From Lytechinus pictus (lineage: Eukaryota), in the NCBI RefSeq assembly GCF_037042905.1, contig NC_087250.1:19656001-19720000 (forward strand): a stretch of 64,000 nt of DNA, given 5' to 3'. The position numbers and the translations under genes are program-made. The notes below the pieces were generated by a model. The model made no database searches. It was given only the letters and a program-made list of their open reading frames with translations, and was not told where the DNA came from. Below, in pieces: positions 37,214 through 49,936 of this stretch (position 1 is the first letter of the stretch; each line of letters starts with the position of its first letter).

Positions 37214-38535
37214 GAAATCCAACAATTCAAGAGTCTGACTTACGAACCACTTGATGAAGATGGAAAAGGTTTTTTTTTCCAAGTCCAATTTTTCAACAAA
37301 ACAAAAAAATTATTATCACAACCCCAAATTCATGACGTATGAAATTTCTTGTTGATTTTCATTAAAACTGGTTGCAAAAGGAGAAGTTATAAACATACAA
37401 ATAGGAGCGGCGGAGTGAAGTTGAAAGTGGCAGGGACATAGGGAAAATGCTGTATTACGTGGAATTTTTAAGAAGTTGCGAGCGAGCAAAATTTTGACAT
37501 TTTAAAAAAGAAAATCTAAAATATTCAGAATGATATATTTCACCCTTTTCTCTTTTTTTTTTTGGGGGGGGGGGGGGGGCAAGAGTCCTTCAAGCCCCCC
37601 CCCCCCTCCATCTGTACGAAACTGCTTATATACCCCCACTCGTGAATTATTAAACTTAATGCACAAAGGATTACCTTCATAAGTGCATTATCGAAATGAG
37701 AATATTGTTTTCTTGTTTCAAAGGGCAATCGTCATGGTGGCCATAAAACGGGTCCTTCTCAGGTGAAAGGGGCACAGAACAAGTTCTTTAAGAGCACTTT
37801 TCTTGGGTAAAAGGGGGCAGTGATTCGAGAAAGGGCACTTACAAGAAGGCGAGGAAGCACTCTTTAACACATGAAACGGGCCCTCAGATGAAAGGGCACA
37901 GAACATGTTCCAGGGGGGGGGGGGGCACTTTGGGGTAAAAAAATTGCATACAAGGAAGAGCACTTGGTAACACCTAAAACAGGTTCTTGTCAGGTGAAAG
38001 GGACACAGTACACGTTCATGAGGGGGCATTTTTCTTGCATAAAAAGGCACTTTTCAGTGCTTAAAGAAGTAGGGGGAACTGTGCCCCCCCCTCCCCAGGA
38101 TCGCTGCCCCAGCATACAAACAAAATATTCTTTTGGTTCAAAGTATTAACATACGCTTAAGAAAAAGGTAAAGCTTAATCCTCTGATAATGTGATATTTT
38201 ATTATGGCTAATTAATAAAATTCACCACTAACCAGAGAATTCCTTTATGTCTTTCATTTGTGTTCATATAGTATTTGTACAGAGCTAAAATGAAAGGGAT
38301 TTGGAATTTGCAAAATTCAAAATGAGATGAAGATCGAGAGAGGGAAAGAGTGATGAGAAGTGGATTAAAAAGAGATGAGAAAGAAATGGAGGGGCACATA
38401 TGAAGAGATAATTTAGAGGGGGGTGGTAAGAGAGCTAGAATGTGGGAAGTAGGAACAAAAGGGGTGGAAGAGAAATAAGACGAGATTTATGGAAACCAGG
38501 AGACAGATAACAAGTGGGAAAAGAAGAAGGAAATA

Positions 38536-39362
38536 TATGAAGAGTTTAGTTGCAAAAGGGGTTAGGGCCACTTTGGACCATTCCGAGAAAAACCATGTTT
38601 TTATTCTCACTTATTGCAATATTCTTATGAGAAACTAAATTGTCATGATGTACTACTCTATCATGTGAACATAAAATTGGGTATAAAAGAAATCTACCCG
38701 TCTTCAATTTTTTTCTATATACTTAAAAAATATATAATTGTGTACCTAACCCCTTTTGCAAGTAAATTGAAGTGAATCCAATCTCTTTTGATTAAAAAAG
38801 TGATTTTTTTTTGCCACTTCCATTCACGTTTTCATTTGAATTTCAAATTTTCTTTGGTATCATCAGAGTGACTGAAAATTTAGAGGTTTAGAGAAAGAAA
38901 ACAATAAAATATATGAAAAATGGACCTAACCCCTTTTGACAAATGAGTTCTTCAGAAGAGTTTAGTTGCAAAAGGGGTTAGGTCCACTCCAAGAAAATAA
39001 TTCTTTTTTAATTCTCCCATATTGCAATATTCTTATGAGAAACTGAATTTTCATGATACCCTACCATGAGAACATGAAATTGGGTATTAAAGATATCTAC
39101 TTGTCTTCATATTTTTTAAGATATTATTTTCCAAAAAAAGTCTGTGTGGACCTAACCCCTTTTGCAACTAAACTGAAATGGACCTAACCCCTTTTGAAAA
39201 AAGGTGATTTTTCTTTGCCATATTAGTTCACTTTTTAATAGGAATTTCAACTTTTCTATGGTATCATATTATATATAGCTACTAAAAATCTTTACATTAA
39301 GACATAAGAATCAAGTTCGATGAAAAAAGGACCTAACCCCTTTTGAAAATGAGCTCTACATA
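38536..39362. mobile_element. Head-to-tail dimer of a ~415-bp MITE
   Basis: GAAGAGTTTAGTTGCAAAAGGGGTTAGG begins at about 38539 and again at about 38955; each unit ends CCTAACCCCTTTTGA...GAG(T/C)TCT. Confidence 0.8.
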
Positions 39363-41503
39363 TGTAGGAGAAAGGCGGCACAAAAGAATTTTGAGTGGGA
39401 AAATGATTAAATGGAAAAAAACAGTAAGAAATGCTGGAGAATAAAGGGGACAGGAAACGTATTAAACATGATAAATTGGGGCCCGTTTCATCATGAGTTA
39501 CAAGTATAGTAATTACGATTTAGGGATGGCAAAAGCACTAGAGACCTCTTTACCTAATCACGACTTGATCTGCTCTTTTCATCTTCCCTTTTGGAATTAG
39601 CAAAGGCCTATAAGACGCAATACAAACAATGCTTTGTTTATAAGTGATATCGCTTGTGATATCGATACTTTATAGAGCGCAACGTATCGTCTCAGATTTG
39701 CGCTTGCTTGATTCGCTGAATCCTTCGCGTCACGAGCGCGTAACAAAATGAATACATTAATGAATTTGCCAAGTTGACCTTTGTCATTGCGCTGATGTGC
39801 GTATTGTCTAATACACGTACAAAACCACAGTTGACGAGGGAGCATCGTACGAAATTAATATTAATGAGGGCTTATTTTAGCTTCTAATGGATTAAACAAA
39901 ATGGCGGTAGCTTCGGGGGCTTGGTTTAAACGCAACTCTTTCTGCAACGGGCCCCTGATCAATCCACCAAAATAATTAATTTCTTCTTTTTGATAGCCCG
40001 CAAAGCAAACTTAGTGGCTCTAAAACAATAGAAAACATATATTACAATTTATCAAAACTTTGGTAGCCGAACAGGGCTACCAAGTTGGGGCTTTTACAGA
40101 AGTCTGGTGGCCCAACTCTCATTTCTGGTTGCCCCGGGCCATAGTACTGCTAATGTCAAGCCCTGATTAAAGGATGAATTTATTGAAAGGTCGCCAATTA
40201 ATTGACATTTTTAAACTTGGAATTTCTGTTTTCTGTTTTTTTTTCATCGATCTGTTAATTTAGAGTGTGTATAATGACTATGACTATGATTAGCTCATGT
40301 TAAACGGTTTTTTTTATTATTTAGGAATGATATTATAGCACCATAAGGTATAGCTAGAATGGTTTCAGTTTTTATGTACGTTTTTCATTTGCGTCATTTG
40401 TAATATTGCTAGGAGTCAGGATAATGATAAATTGCAGTAGTATCATTGACTATCCCGTTTTTACGCTTTCTTAGCAATCAGGTAATTCATTTTTTTTGGG
40501 GGGGTGGGGGTGCTGGGAGAGCCACATATGTTATAAACCATGCGAAACACCCTCTGAAAATAAGGTAATTGGTATGCTAAAATTTAGAGACTTGACCAAT
40601 ATCTATACTTAAAAAAATCTTTTCAATTTTTTAATGATTTTTTTTTTCATTTTTTCTTCTGACCTATATATGCTTTTTGTTCCATTTTACTTTATTTTTC
40701 TCGTTTTGAATTGTGTTAATGATTTGGGATATCAAATATGTTGGAACGAATAATTTTTATGTAATATAATTCGTACTCTTAGTAAATAAGCTTCCATTAC
40801 TTAACTTGGCGATATTTATTTTGTAAAATTTTATACTTAAGTCTAGTATGATATGCTCAATGATAATTATATCCTTAATTTCCTTCATAAATTTTGTTGA
40901 ATTTTGTATTTACTATGTCAATGATATCATACATCTTAATTTATATTTCACAGCTATTGTTTTGTCTATAGGATAGTTTTCACATTTCGTCAATAAAAAA
41001 AAATGAATCCGGTACTAGTCACCATTCTTTGAATCACTATTGCCTGTTTCGGCCGGAGAGCAATGGATTTGGTCCACTGATCATGCTGATTCTATTGTTC
41101 TCTGGCTGAGGCAGGTAGTGCTGAGTTTGGGAATTGTGACTGGTAGTGTATTTTATCTCTAAACAATTTTGTATTAATGATAATTCTGATTTTAAATGTT
41201 ATTGAATTCACTCATTACTGTACATTACCCAAGTTACTCTTTTATCTATTATGTATATATTGTTATTTTATGTTAACAGGACCAGGCTGAAAAACAGTTA
41301 ATCTGAGCCTGTTATCCTGTATAAAGATATTTTAATAAATAAATAAAATAAATAAATAAACTATAGCTTAAATCTATACTTCATTATAATTGCAGTGACC
41401 ATTTTTTTTTGGGGGGGGGGGGGGGCTTGTCAATTTTTAATAGATATGTTTAAATCGTTTCCATCGGGCCCCTGGTGGGCTACTAAGTATGGTACAATCT
41501 TAC

Positions 41504-41600
41504 CTGTCAGTTGAAGAAAACCTTGATCTCGGCAGTACTACTTCGGCCTAAACAAATTACAAAGTCACAATGTCTTGAATCCGTCTGTCGGCCGAACTGA
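41504..41600 (-). other. Candidate upstream non-coding exon
   Basis: Donor CAG|GTAAGA, Inr-like TCAGTT near 41597, TATAAAA near 41652-41658 on minus strand; appears non-repetitive within this window. Confidence 0.3.
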
Positions 41601-43179
41601 AACAGGACACTTTCGCTTGACTCGAGAAGGCCTAATGGATTGCTCATAACATTTTATACGTATATCAATTTTAAGGTTAACGCCAGTACCCTTTCCTCCC
41701 TTTTTGAATGTTATTTTCTCTGATTTATTTTAACTGCATGGCCGGGCCTGATGTTAGGAAATTGCGCTGCATGAAAGCCCTTTGTGATTTTTCCCTTCTG
41801 ATGATAATGCGCATAGCAACGCGCATATCTACCGAAACCATTATTACGTAACAGTAAGGATAATGCGCATGCGATATGCGGAGTTTAATGAATCCTATGA
41901 TGGAGATCACACCATCCCCAAATAATCCTTTTGACAGACATACAGTTTCAGTCCAGGAGGAGGGGGGCTTGTATCGAGGGCGATACTCGCAGAGAAAGAA
42001 CTAATTAAAGTAAAGGCCCATTAAAGAACAACTTAATTAAGGTTCTGTTGCAAGCAGTACACCTATACACCCTTTAATACTAGTATAAATTCAATAAAAT
42101 GCGATTTTCTAAACTAAACAAACTTAAAAAAAAATCTCTTTAATTCAATATCATCCATCTTCGTAAGCAATTCTACAACAATTATTTTGCGGGGTCCGCA
42201 TATACAAGCATTTGCCTTTTAGTGGATCCCTCCATTTTCTCTGATCTTTATAATGTTTATGATAATTTGCTTAAAAAAAATTGTTTTACTTATGGGCAAT
42301 CAAAAAGAAATTTGTACATCCAACCCCCCCCCATTTTTCTTAAGTCTTACTTCACTTTATAAACTGACCAAGTCATGGTCCTTTGAAAACATTGCAGACC
42401 GTCAAAAGAACAAGAAATCAGAGACAGAAATTTCATGAAGGTCCCATATATAGGGGGTCGGACGTACATATTTTATGGAATTGCCCTTATGGGAAAAAAA
42501 ACGGATTATCATTTGTTAAGTTCATAAACCATTAAAAAATGGAATTCACACCACATAACAAAATGGAACAGATAATCATATGTGACGTTACAAAACCAAA
42601 GTTGAAATTGAAAATAAACAAATTCATGATGTAATGAATTTTCGCCAACGTTCATTATCAGTGAGTGTTTTTATTAGTTTGACGTCAGAGTCAATTTCTT
42701 GATATAGGCCTATATACTGTTTTGCTCAGCGGGCTGATCTGACGGGAAAGTAAGTAAAAATAAAATAAAAGAAACGGAGGATAGTAAGAAAGAGAGGAAA
42801 AGGTAAATGAAAGATGAGATGAAAGGGAATATTCTTTCATTTTTCCCTCTCATCCTTTATTTGCATTTCCTTTTACCTATCATAGGCCCTATTCTTTTTT
42901 TCATTCCCTAATTTCTGTTCCTTTTTTTCCCTTCGTCTTCCAGACAAGTGTACCTTTAAAATTTTTCTTTTTCTTCTTCCTGCACGTCATTTAGCGAATT
43001 TCAAATTCAGGTTCAACTTTATTTCATTTTCAGCATAAATAATAGGAATACGACAAATGTGATAATCATAAACAATAATGAATTAAGACAAGAGAGCCTA
43101 CAATGATTTTTCAGTTATACTGTACAGTTCTCTACGAAGCCCCAAACCGGACATTTTTGACATCAAAAAAAAAAAAAAA

Positions 43180-43626
43180 TTATCACGTACGTACGCAGTA
43201 TTATTACGTACGTACGTAATATTATTACGTACGTACGCAGTATTATTACGTACGTACGTGATAATTATTACGTACGTACGTGATAATTATTACGTACGTA
43301 CGTGATAATTATTACGTACGTACGCAGTATTATTACGTACGTACGCAGTATTATTACGTACGTACGTGATAATTATTACGTACGTACGCAGTATTATCAC
43401 GTACGTACGCAGTATTATTACGTACGTACGTGATAATTATTACGTACGTACGCAGTATTATCACGTACGTACGCAGTATTATTACGTACGTACGTGATAA
43501 TTATTACGTACGTACGCAGTATTATTACGTACGTACGCAGTATTATTACGTACGTACGTGATAATTATTACGTACGTACGCAGTATTATCACGTACGTAC
43601 GCAGTATTTATTACGTACGTACGTAA
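43180..43626. repeat. Tandem repeat of 22-23-bp units built on ACGTACGTACG
   Basis: Alternating ATTATTACGTACGTACGCAGT and ATTATTACGTACGTACGTGATA units. Confidence 0.95.
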
Positions 43627-44867
43627 TGTTATCTCCCAAAAGGTCATACATGAATTCAAATACCGGTAGTTACTGAAATCTGATCACGCTAGCGCGAAGC
43701 CCGCAGGCTTTAAATTTTTATGTGGGCCTACAATAGGCCTTCTGCTTTGATTGTTCCCGCATAGAATTTCCCTTTAAATACCAGCCTCTTCAAATAGTTT
43801 TTCTTTTTTTAAACACCTATACATCTTCACTTAATTTACATTAATTAATACCATATCATATTCAAATTTAAGCAGAGAACGAAGCAATTTCAAAAGGGTG
43901 GTAAAATAATAGGGGCTCATCCCAGTGTCGCGTGTGGGTACATTTTTGAAAAAAACTGTCTCGCCAAAACACTAACATAATAGGCCTTTAATTGTCCTTT
44001 CCCCAATGTGTTTCTAGCAGTTTCTGAAAGGAATGGTTTAATTGAAAACACAGCCTGATGACGAGAACAAATTAAATGGTTATCATATGAATATTGTGGC
44101 CTATAGCAGGGACCTGGGAACTCGCGGGGGTGCTGGGGGTGCTGAAGCACCCCCAAAATTTTTCCTGGGGGTGCTGCGTGTATTATTTTCCATAGGCAGC
44201 ACCCCCACGAAATCAGGTTCCCTTTGTATTTTTTATATAATTATAATGTACATAATTATCACATCCGACAATCGCAAATCATACAACGTCTTTCACATAT
44301 TCCAATAACATCCCTCCTATAACATGTAACGCGACTCAATCAAGCTCCGGCACGCCGATACCTGTAGACGTATAGTCGCGCGCGATACGTGATAAGGTTT
44401 ACACACTACCATGACTACTCGATAGCAGGGAGGGACAAGGGTGTGTTTGGACTTGAAACTTAGAGGGTTTTATGTCGAATCAAGTGTGGGCGAGCCCGAC
44501 CGCCCATGTTTTGTATAAAGAATTACAATTCAGACAATAAAAATCAAATTTCAGTCTTTTTCGCCCTGCCCCATGGCCCTGGGAAGCGGGGGTGCTGGGG
44601 GTGCTGCATGTGTTATTTTCCATAGGCAACACCTCCTGGAAATCTAGTGGTAAGTTGATGAATGACAGAAATGTAATGAAAATGAACGACGTTTTGTAGA
44701 CCACCACCCCTTTAAGAATTTTCCGACACAGTAGTTAAAATAGTGTTTAAATTCACCCTTTTTCAAATCGGAATATCAAATATGTTCTGCTCGTGCTTCG
44801 CGCTCGCATTATTGATTTTTATAATAAAAACAAAGTATTTACAACGCCCAGATACTAAAGGGCTAAC

Positions 44868-44934
44868 CAACGAACGTAGAGGGCAGCAACACTTTGCAGT
44901 ATTGCTTGTGTGTTGCTGCCCTCTACGTTCGTTG
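44868..44934. mobile_element. 67-bp TIR-only MITE, CAACGAACGTAGA family
   Basis: CAACGAACGTAGAGGGCAGCAACAC ... GTGTTGCTGCCCTCTACGTTCGTTG; TSD GGGCTAAC (44860-44867, 44935-44942). Confidence 0.92.
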
Positions 44935-45366
44935 GGGCTAACTCTAAACACGCGCATATATGTTTATTCAGATACGCAGCTTGTTTTGGGGCTACTCCGG
45001 GCTGAAAATATTTATATCAAATACAATTTTATGAAAATCTGATAACAAATAGTTAAGTTATTTAATTCTAAAGTTTAGCAATAGTTTATGAAAATGGTGA
45101 TATGCATGTCGTCATGAATATTAAATAGGTGGGTTGACATGTGCGGAAATCTCTTCCCAAAGGTAGAGGGACCAGGGCCTGCATGGAAAATTTGACAAGC
45201 ATAAAAAAAAGAAAAAAAAGTTTTTCACCCAAAATGTAAGGTCATTTAGTCCAAAAGCTATTATTTCGATTGTGAAGTGATGTATTTTTCTCCATGAAAG
45301 ACCAAAAATAGTAGGGGGGCATTTGATATTGTGTCCCCCTACTATTTTTGGTAGGGGGGACACGTC

Positions 45367-46395
45367 CCCTTACAAAAAATTCCTGTAGTACTCTGTGATA
45401 TGTACTGCAGGAAGTATCGCAGGAAAGTACTGCAGGAATTACGTGCACGTAATTTGGGACGGTACTACAGAAATGTACAACAGGAGTACAACAGGTCCGT
45501 GTCCTGTGATACTTCCTGTGGTAATAACCGCATAAGTATGGCAGGAAGTATGACAGGACACGATCACCACAACCGCTACAACCGCTACAACCACTACCAC
45601 ACTACTATTAGTACTACAGGACAGTATCACAGGATAGTATCACAGGATAGTATCACATGATAGTATGACAGGACAGTATGACAGGATAGTATGACAGGAC
45701 AGTATGACAGGACAGTACTACAGGAATACCGCAGACCAGTATCACAGGGAAGTACTACAGAACAGTATCGCAGGACAGTACTACAGGAGTACCACAGGCT
45801 TCTGGTACTGTGTCCTGTAGTACTGTCCTGTGATACTGGTCTGGTATTCCTGTAGTACTGTCCTGTGATACTGGTCTGGTATTCCTGTAGTACTGTCCTG
45901 TGATACTGGTCTGGTATTCCTGTAGTACTGTCCTGTGATACTGGTCTGGTATTCCTGTAGTACTGTCCTGTGATACTGGTCTGGTATTCCTGTAGTACTG
46001 TCCTGTGATACTATCCTGTGGTGATAAATAGTATCACAGGACAGTATGACAGGACAGTACTTTAGGAATTCCGCAGACCAGTATCACAGGAAAGTACTAC
46101 AGAACAGTACTACAGGACAGTACTGCAGGAATACCAAGAGACCTTACCGCAGGACAATTCCTGCAGTACTGTCCTGTGGTATTCCTGTGATACTGATCTT
46201 TGATATCTTCTGTGGCATTATTGGTCTCATCCTGCAGCCTTCTTGTGATACTTTACTGTGGTAATCCTGCAGGGGTATTCTTGTTGATTTCCTGTGACAA
46301 TCCTATGGTATTGTCCTGTAGTAGTCTGTGCGATTTTCTCACGACACCGTCCTGCACTGGTTTGTTAGGCGTAGTAGTTTGTAAGAATTTCCTGT
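45367..46395. repeat. Element built from ACAGGA/TCCTGT short repeats in alternating orientation
   Basis: Begins CCCTTACAAA, ends near TTTGTAAG; 14-bp and 36-bp tandem units (e.g. 45813-46015). Confidence 0.7.
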
Positions 46396-46739
46396 GATCC
46401 AGCACAACAACTTTGACATCTTGACTAATGAAAAGAGGCGTGAAAAAACCCACAAATTTGCAAAGACGTTAAAAGCATATTCACATACCTTTATTATGTA
46501 TCAGCTGTACTATGCACAGTATAGAACATCTTTGATATCATAAATGACTGCTAGAATAATGCAGTAACATTTCATCTTTAGGATAAGACATGTACAAAGA
46601 TTTATATCCATGAACATTGAGATGCCACATGAACTACTTTCACTATTCATACATTGCTGCCATTTTGAGATCACATAAAGAAAGCTAGATTCGACCCAGA
46701 ATCCTTCCCTCTAACACAACAATAAGCGATTATTATTAA

Positions 46740-46911
46740 TACCTTGGTCACATTCCTTGACCGGTTGCCTTACGGCGAGACAAAATCAGCAGTTTTAGGT
46801 ATTCCTGTACAAACCACCCACGTGTAGCTGGTAGTAGCTGGTACAAGGATGATTAAGACTGTTAATTTTGACTCGACGTAAGGCCACGAGCCGGCGAATG
46901 TAACCAAGGCT
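46740..46911. mobile_element. Harbinger-like MITE
   Basis: TAA..CCTTGGTCACATTC ... GAATGTAACCAAGG..TAA. Confidence 0.6.
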
Positions 46912-47387
46912 TAACCAGTATTATGGTTGCAAAAAAACTGTAATAGCTGAGCAATTGCATTTTCCCCTTCTTGTCAACACCCGATTGGCTTAATACTAAA
47001 AGCAGAACATCCTTTACTCAACCATGTTATGAAACAATGGATAACCACTTCTGCATGTACAGATAATGCATGGTGCACATACAGTAAGGGATGAAATTAT
47101 GATGTGTTGATCACCAGTATAAACTTAAAGTACATGAACGTAATCATAATCACTTCATTTTGCTCAGAATTCACTTAAGTCCATAAATACTGAAAGATAT
47201 TTTTGAATGAATTTCACATGATTTAGAACGTTCACCATAGGTTAGAAAAAATATGAACATAAGATTACTTTGCCAAAACGTAGATCAAATCTATTGAGAC
47301 ATTAACCTTTTTGACATTGAATAGGCATATCATTTTACACAGTCTTCTTGTCTAAGAATTGCTCCAACTACGTATTGAAGGGTTATA

Positions 47388-47863
47388 TATGAATGTAAGC
47401 ATGAGCCCATCATAAACACGAAATTGCGGCATGTAATTTGATTTGCTACATGTCATAATTGATAACTAAATGACGTTCAATACTTGATGTTGCTACATAA
47501 AATAATTAAGGTCATGTGGCAATGTGAATTCATACCTACTCGAGTCATTTAGTAATTTCAATTAGTATATGACCTAATTAATTATGACATATAGCTCAAA
47601 ATTGACTTGAATAATTATGACCATTTTGATTGACCTCAATTATTTGAAGTAGCAACATCAATTATTTAACATAAGCACTCTCAATCGAGGTGGAGTAACT
47701 CTTCTTTAGGTCATGTTACTATTCGAATTGGAACATGTCATTGTTTAGGTCATGCAGCAATTCAAATTACTTGCTCAAGTAAACAATTACAATTGTAATA
47801 TCACGCAAAATGAATTAGCTGTACATGACATAATTCTGTTCTTTGATGGGCTTATGCTTCCAT
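47388..47863. mobile_element. Decayed TIR element with TAT...ATA ends
   Basis: AAGCATGAGCCCATCA / TGATGGGCTTATGCTTCCATA; no clear TSD. Confidence 0.55.
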
Positions 47864-48296
47864 ATATTAAGTAAATGGCTTTAATTCTTAATGATTATAC
47901 AAAAATTCATATACATAAAATAAACCAATATGAAGAGCATCATATCCAAAGTGATCACCAGTTCACCCAATGTTACAGTACAAAAATAAAAAGCTGATTT
48001 TCTTATGTACTTTCACACTGTATGTCACTTGACCCTGGCAGACAATAGAATTGACAAGCAGTGAGTCCTACATGTACATGTAGCTGCCTGGTTTGCATAC
48101 TTTAATGTTATATGAATTTCAATCATGGCCATGTGCTGTTTATACACTAAATGGAGGGATCTTGTCATAATGTTATGTCAATTAAAAACTGAATAAAATC
48201 CCAATTATCCTGAATAGCTAGACTAGCCCCCTTGCAATGGACATTGTAATCTTGTTTTCTTTTACCTTTCATTATTTTTGAAAATTTTCATACAAC

Positions 48297-49223
48297 TAGG
48301 GCTGGGACTAAAACCCGGGTACCCGAGTAGAAAAATCAATACCCGATACCCGAAAATTGCTCACCAGTATAATGTACATGTATTTGATTTGTATTGCGTA
48401 GTGTAAGACATGATTGTAACTCATTACAAAAGTACACAAGCCTCATTTTGAATTTCACCAATTACCCTCTAAATATCCATAAATATACAAGTTTTCAAGT
48501 GATGATGATGTGACCGAGATCGTTCAATCATCGCCATGTTTCTTTTGCAGCGCAGTGACGTCATCCAGCCACTGCGACGCAAACCAATTTATGAATGAAA
48601 ATATAGTAAGCATGCGCATTGCAAGCCTCAGCCCCACGCAGTATTACGTCAAAACAAGTCTGCAATACTCTGTCACCTCATACCAAAATCGACCTACGAA
48701 GCACCAGCCAATCACGTTCTTGTTACCATTTTTAGTTCATCATAAACCGAAAATGGGAACACGATCGTGATTGGCTGGCGCATTTGACGCTCCGAAACCC
48801 GGAAATCAATTGACTTTGTTCACGTAGCGATACAAACTCACGAACACGATGTAATATCGATGCTACTTCGTAAGATTTTGACGGAAAAGCAAGAATAAAA
48901 ATTTGCTTACCTGTGCAGTATCGGTGAGAAAACCTTTTATAATTCATATGATATATAGGAAAGTGGAATTCTAGGTCGATTTTGGTACGAGGTGACAGAG
49001 TATTGAAACTTGTTTCGATGGAATACTGCGTGGGGCACGGGAGGCTTGCAATGCGCATGCTTACTATATTTTCATTCATAAATTGGCTTGCATCGCATTG
49101 GCTTGATGACGTCACCTATGGGGTTTTTCCACTAGTCATATTTCAAGTGACATGATTTTCAGGTACCCACCCGAAAATTACCACGGGTACCCGAAGAGAA
49201 AAAACCCGAAAGTCCCAGGCCTA
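48297..49223. mobile_element. hAT non-autonomous element
   Basis: TAGGGCTGGGACT ... AGTCCCAGGCCTA; TSD CATACAAC (48289-48296, 49224-49231); ACCCG subterminal motifs; internal inverted repeat ~48555-48695 / ~48970-49115. Confidence 0.9.
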
Positions 49224-49480
49224 CATACAACTCTTTGTTTTTTTTAATACTTTATCAAAGCTTTTATGATTATAAATGTAATTAAATAATTTGACTTGAT
49301 AAATGTATATTACTGGTATACTAATTGTGAATATTTAGCAAGAAACAGTATTTGTGTTGGATTAATACATAAAAATGTTGCGAAATTTCGGAACAGCGTA
49401 CCCAGGCATCACAAATTTGGTCTCAAAAGATGTGCAAGACTTGAAAGTAAAAAGGCAGCTAACAGCCTCCCAGTTATTAA

Positions 49481-49936
49481 CCCTTAGTTAAATTGGACCA
49501 ATTTGACCCCCCCCCCTTCCAAAAATTTTGCGACCATGCTGTCGCACAATTTTTTTAAAACATGCCTCTTTCTAGTCTTGTGCATCTTTTGAGACCAATC
49601 TTGTGTCACCCGGTACGTGGTTCTGTAATAACGTGACATTATGTAAGTACATGTCATACCAAAAATTGCTCAAAAACGTGATTTTGTGTACAAAGTCAAT
49701 GCAATAGAGGAAAAAGTATGATTTTGTATTCTAATTACGCATAAATTAGTATTATCACTTACTAACAATTTGCGTGAAATAATTTACAATTTAATTTTGT
49801 AAATTATGCCCTAGACAACCCATGTGCCAATGTTAGACGCGATTGTGCGGTCAAGATCTCAAGGAAGGGGGGGGGGGGCCTGGAAACCCCCCCTTCCCCC
49901 TTCCCCGGCCATATCAACTCCCAAAATACCCTGGCT
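49481..49936. mobile_element. piggyBac-like MITE (decayed)
   Basis: TTAA|CCCTTA start; homologous to 61368-62151. Confidence 0.6.

Larger units (their letters stand above)
33335..39923. mobile_element. 6.6 kb CAA...TTG insertion with 8-bp TSD carrying a putative spliced mini-gene
   Basis: TSD GTTTAAAC (33327-33334, 39924-39931) inside the host MITE; termini CAAAGACC / GGGGCTTG match only over CAA. Confidence 0.75.
33213..39954. mobile_element. Small MITE (GGGCCCGTTGCAGAAAGAG TIR) split by a 6.6 kb insertion
   Basis: TIRs GGGCCCGTTGCAGAAAGAGTTGC / GCAACTCTTTCTGCAACGGGCCC; CAG and CTG flanks. Confidence 0.85.
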
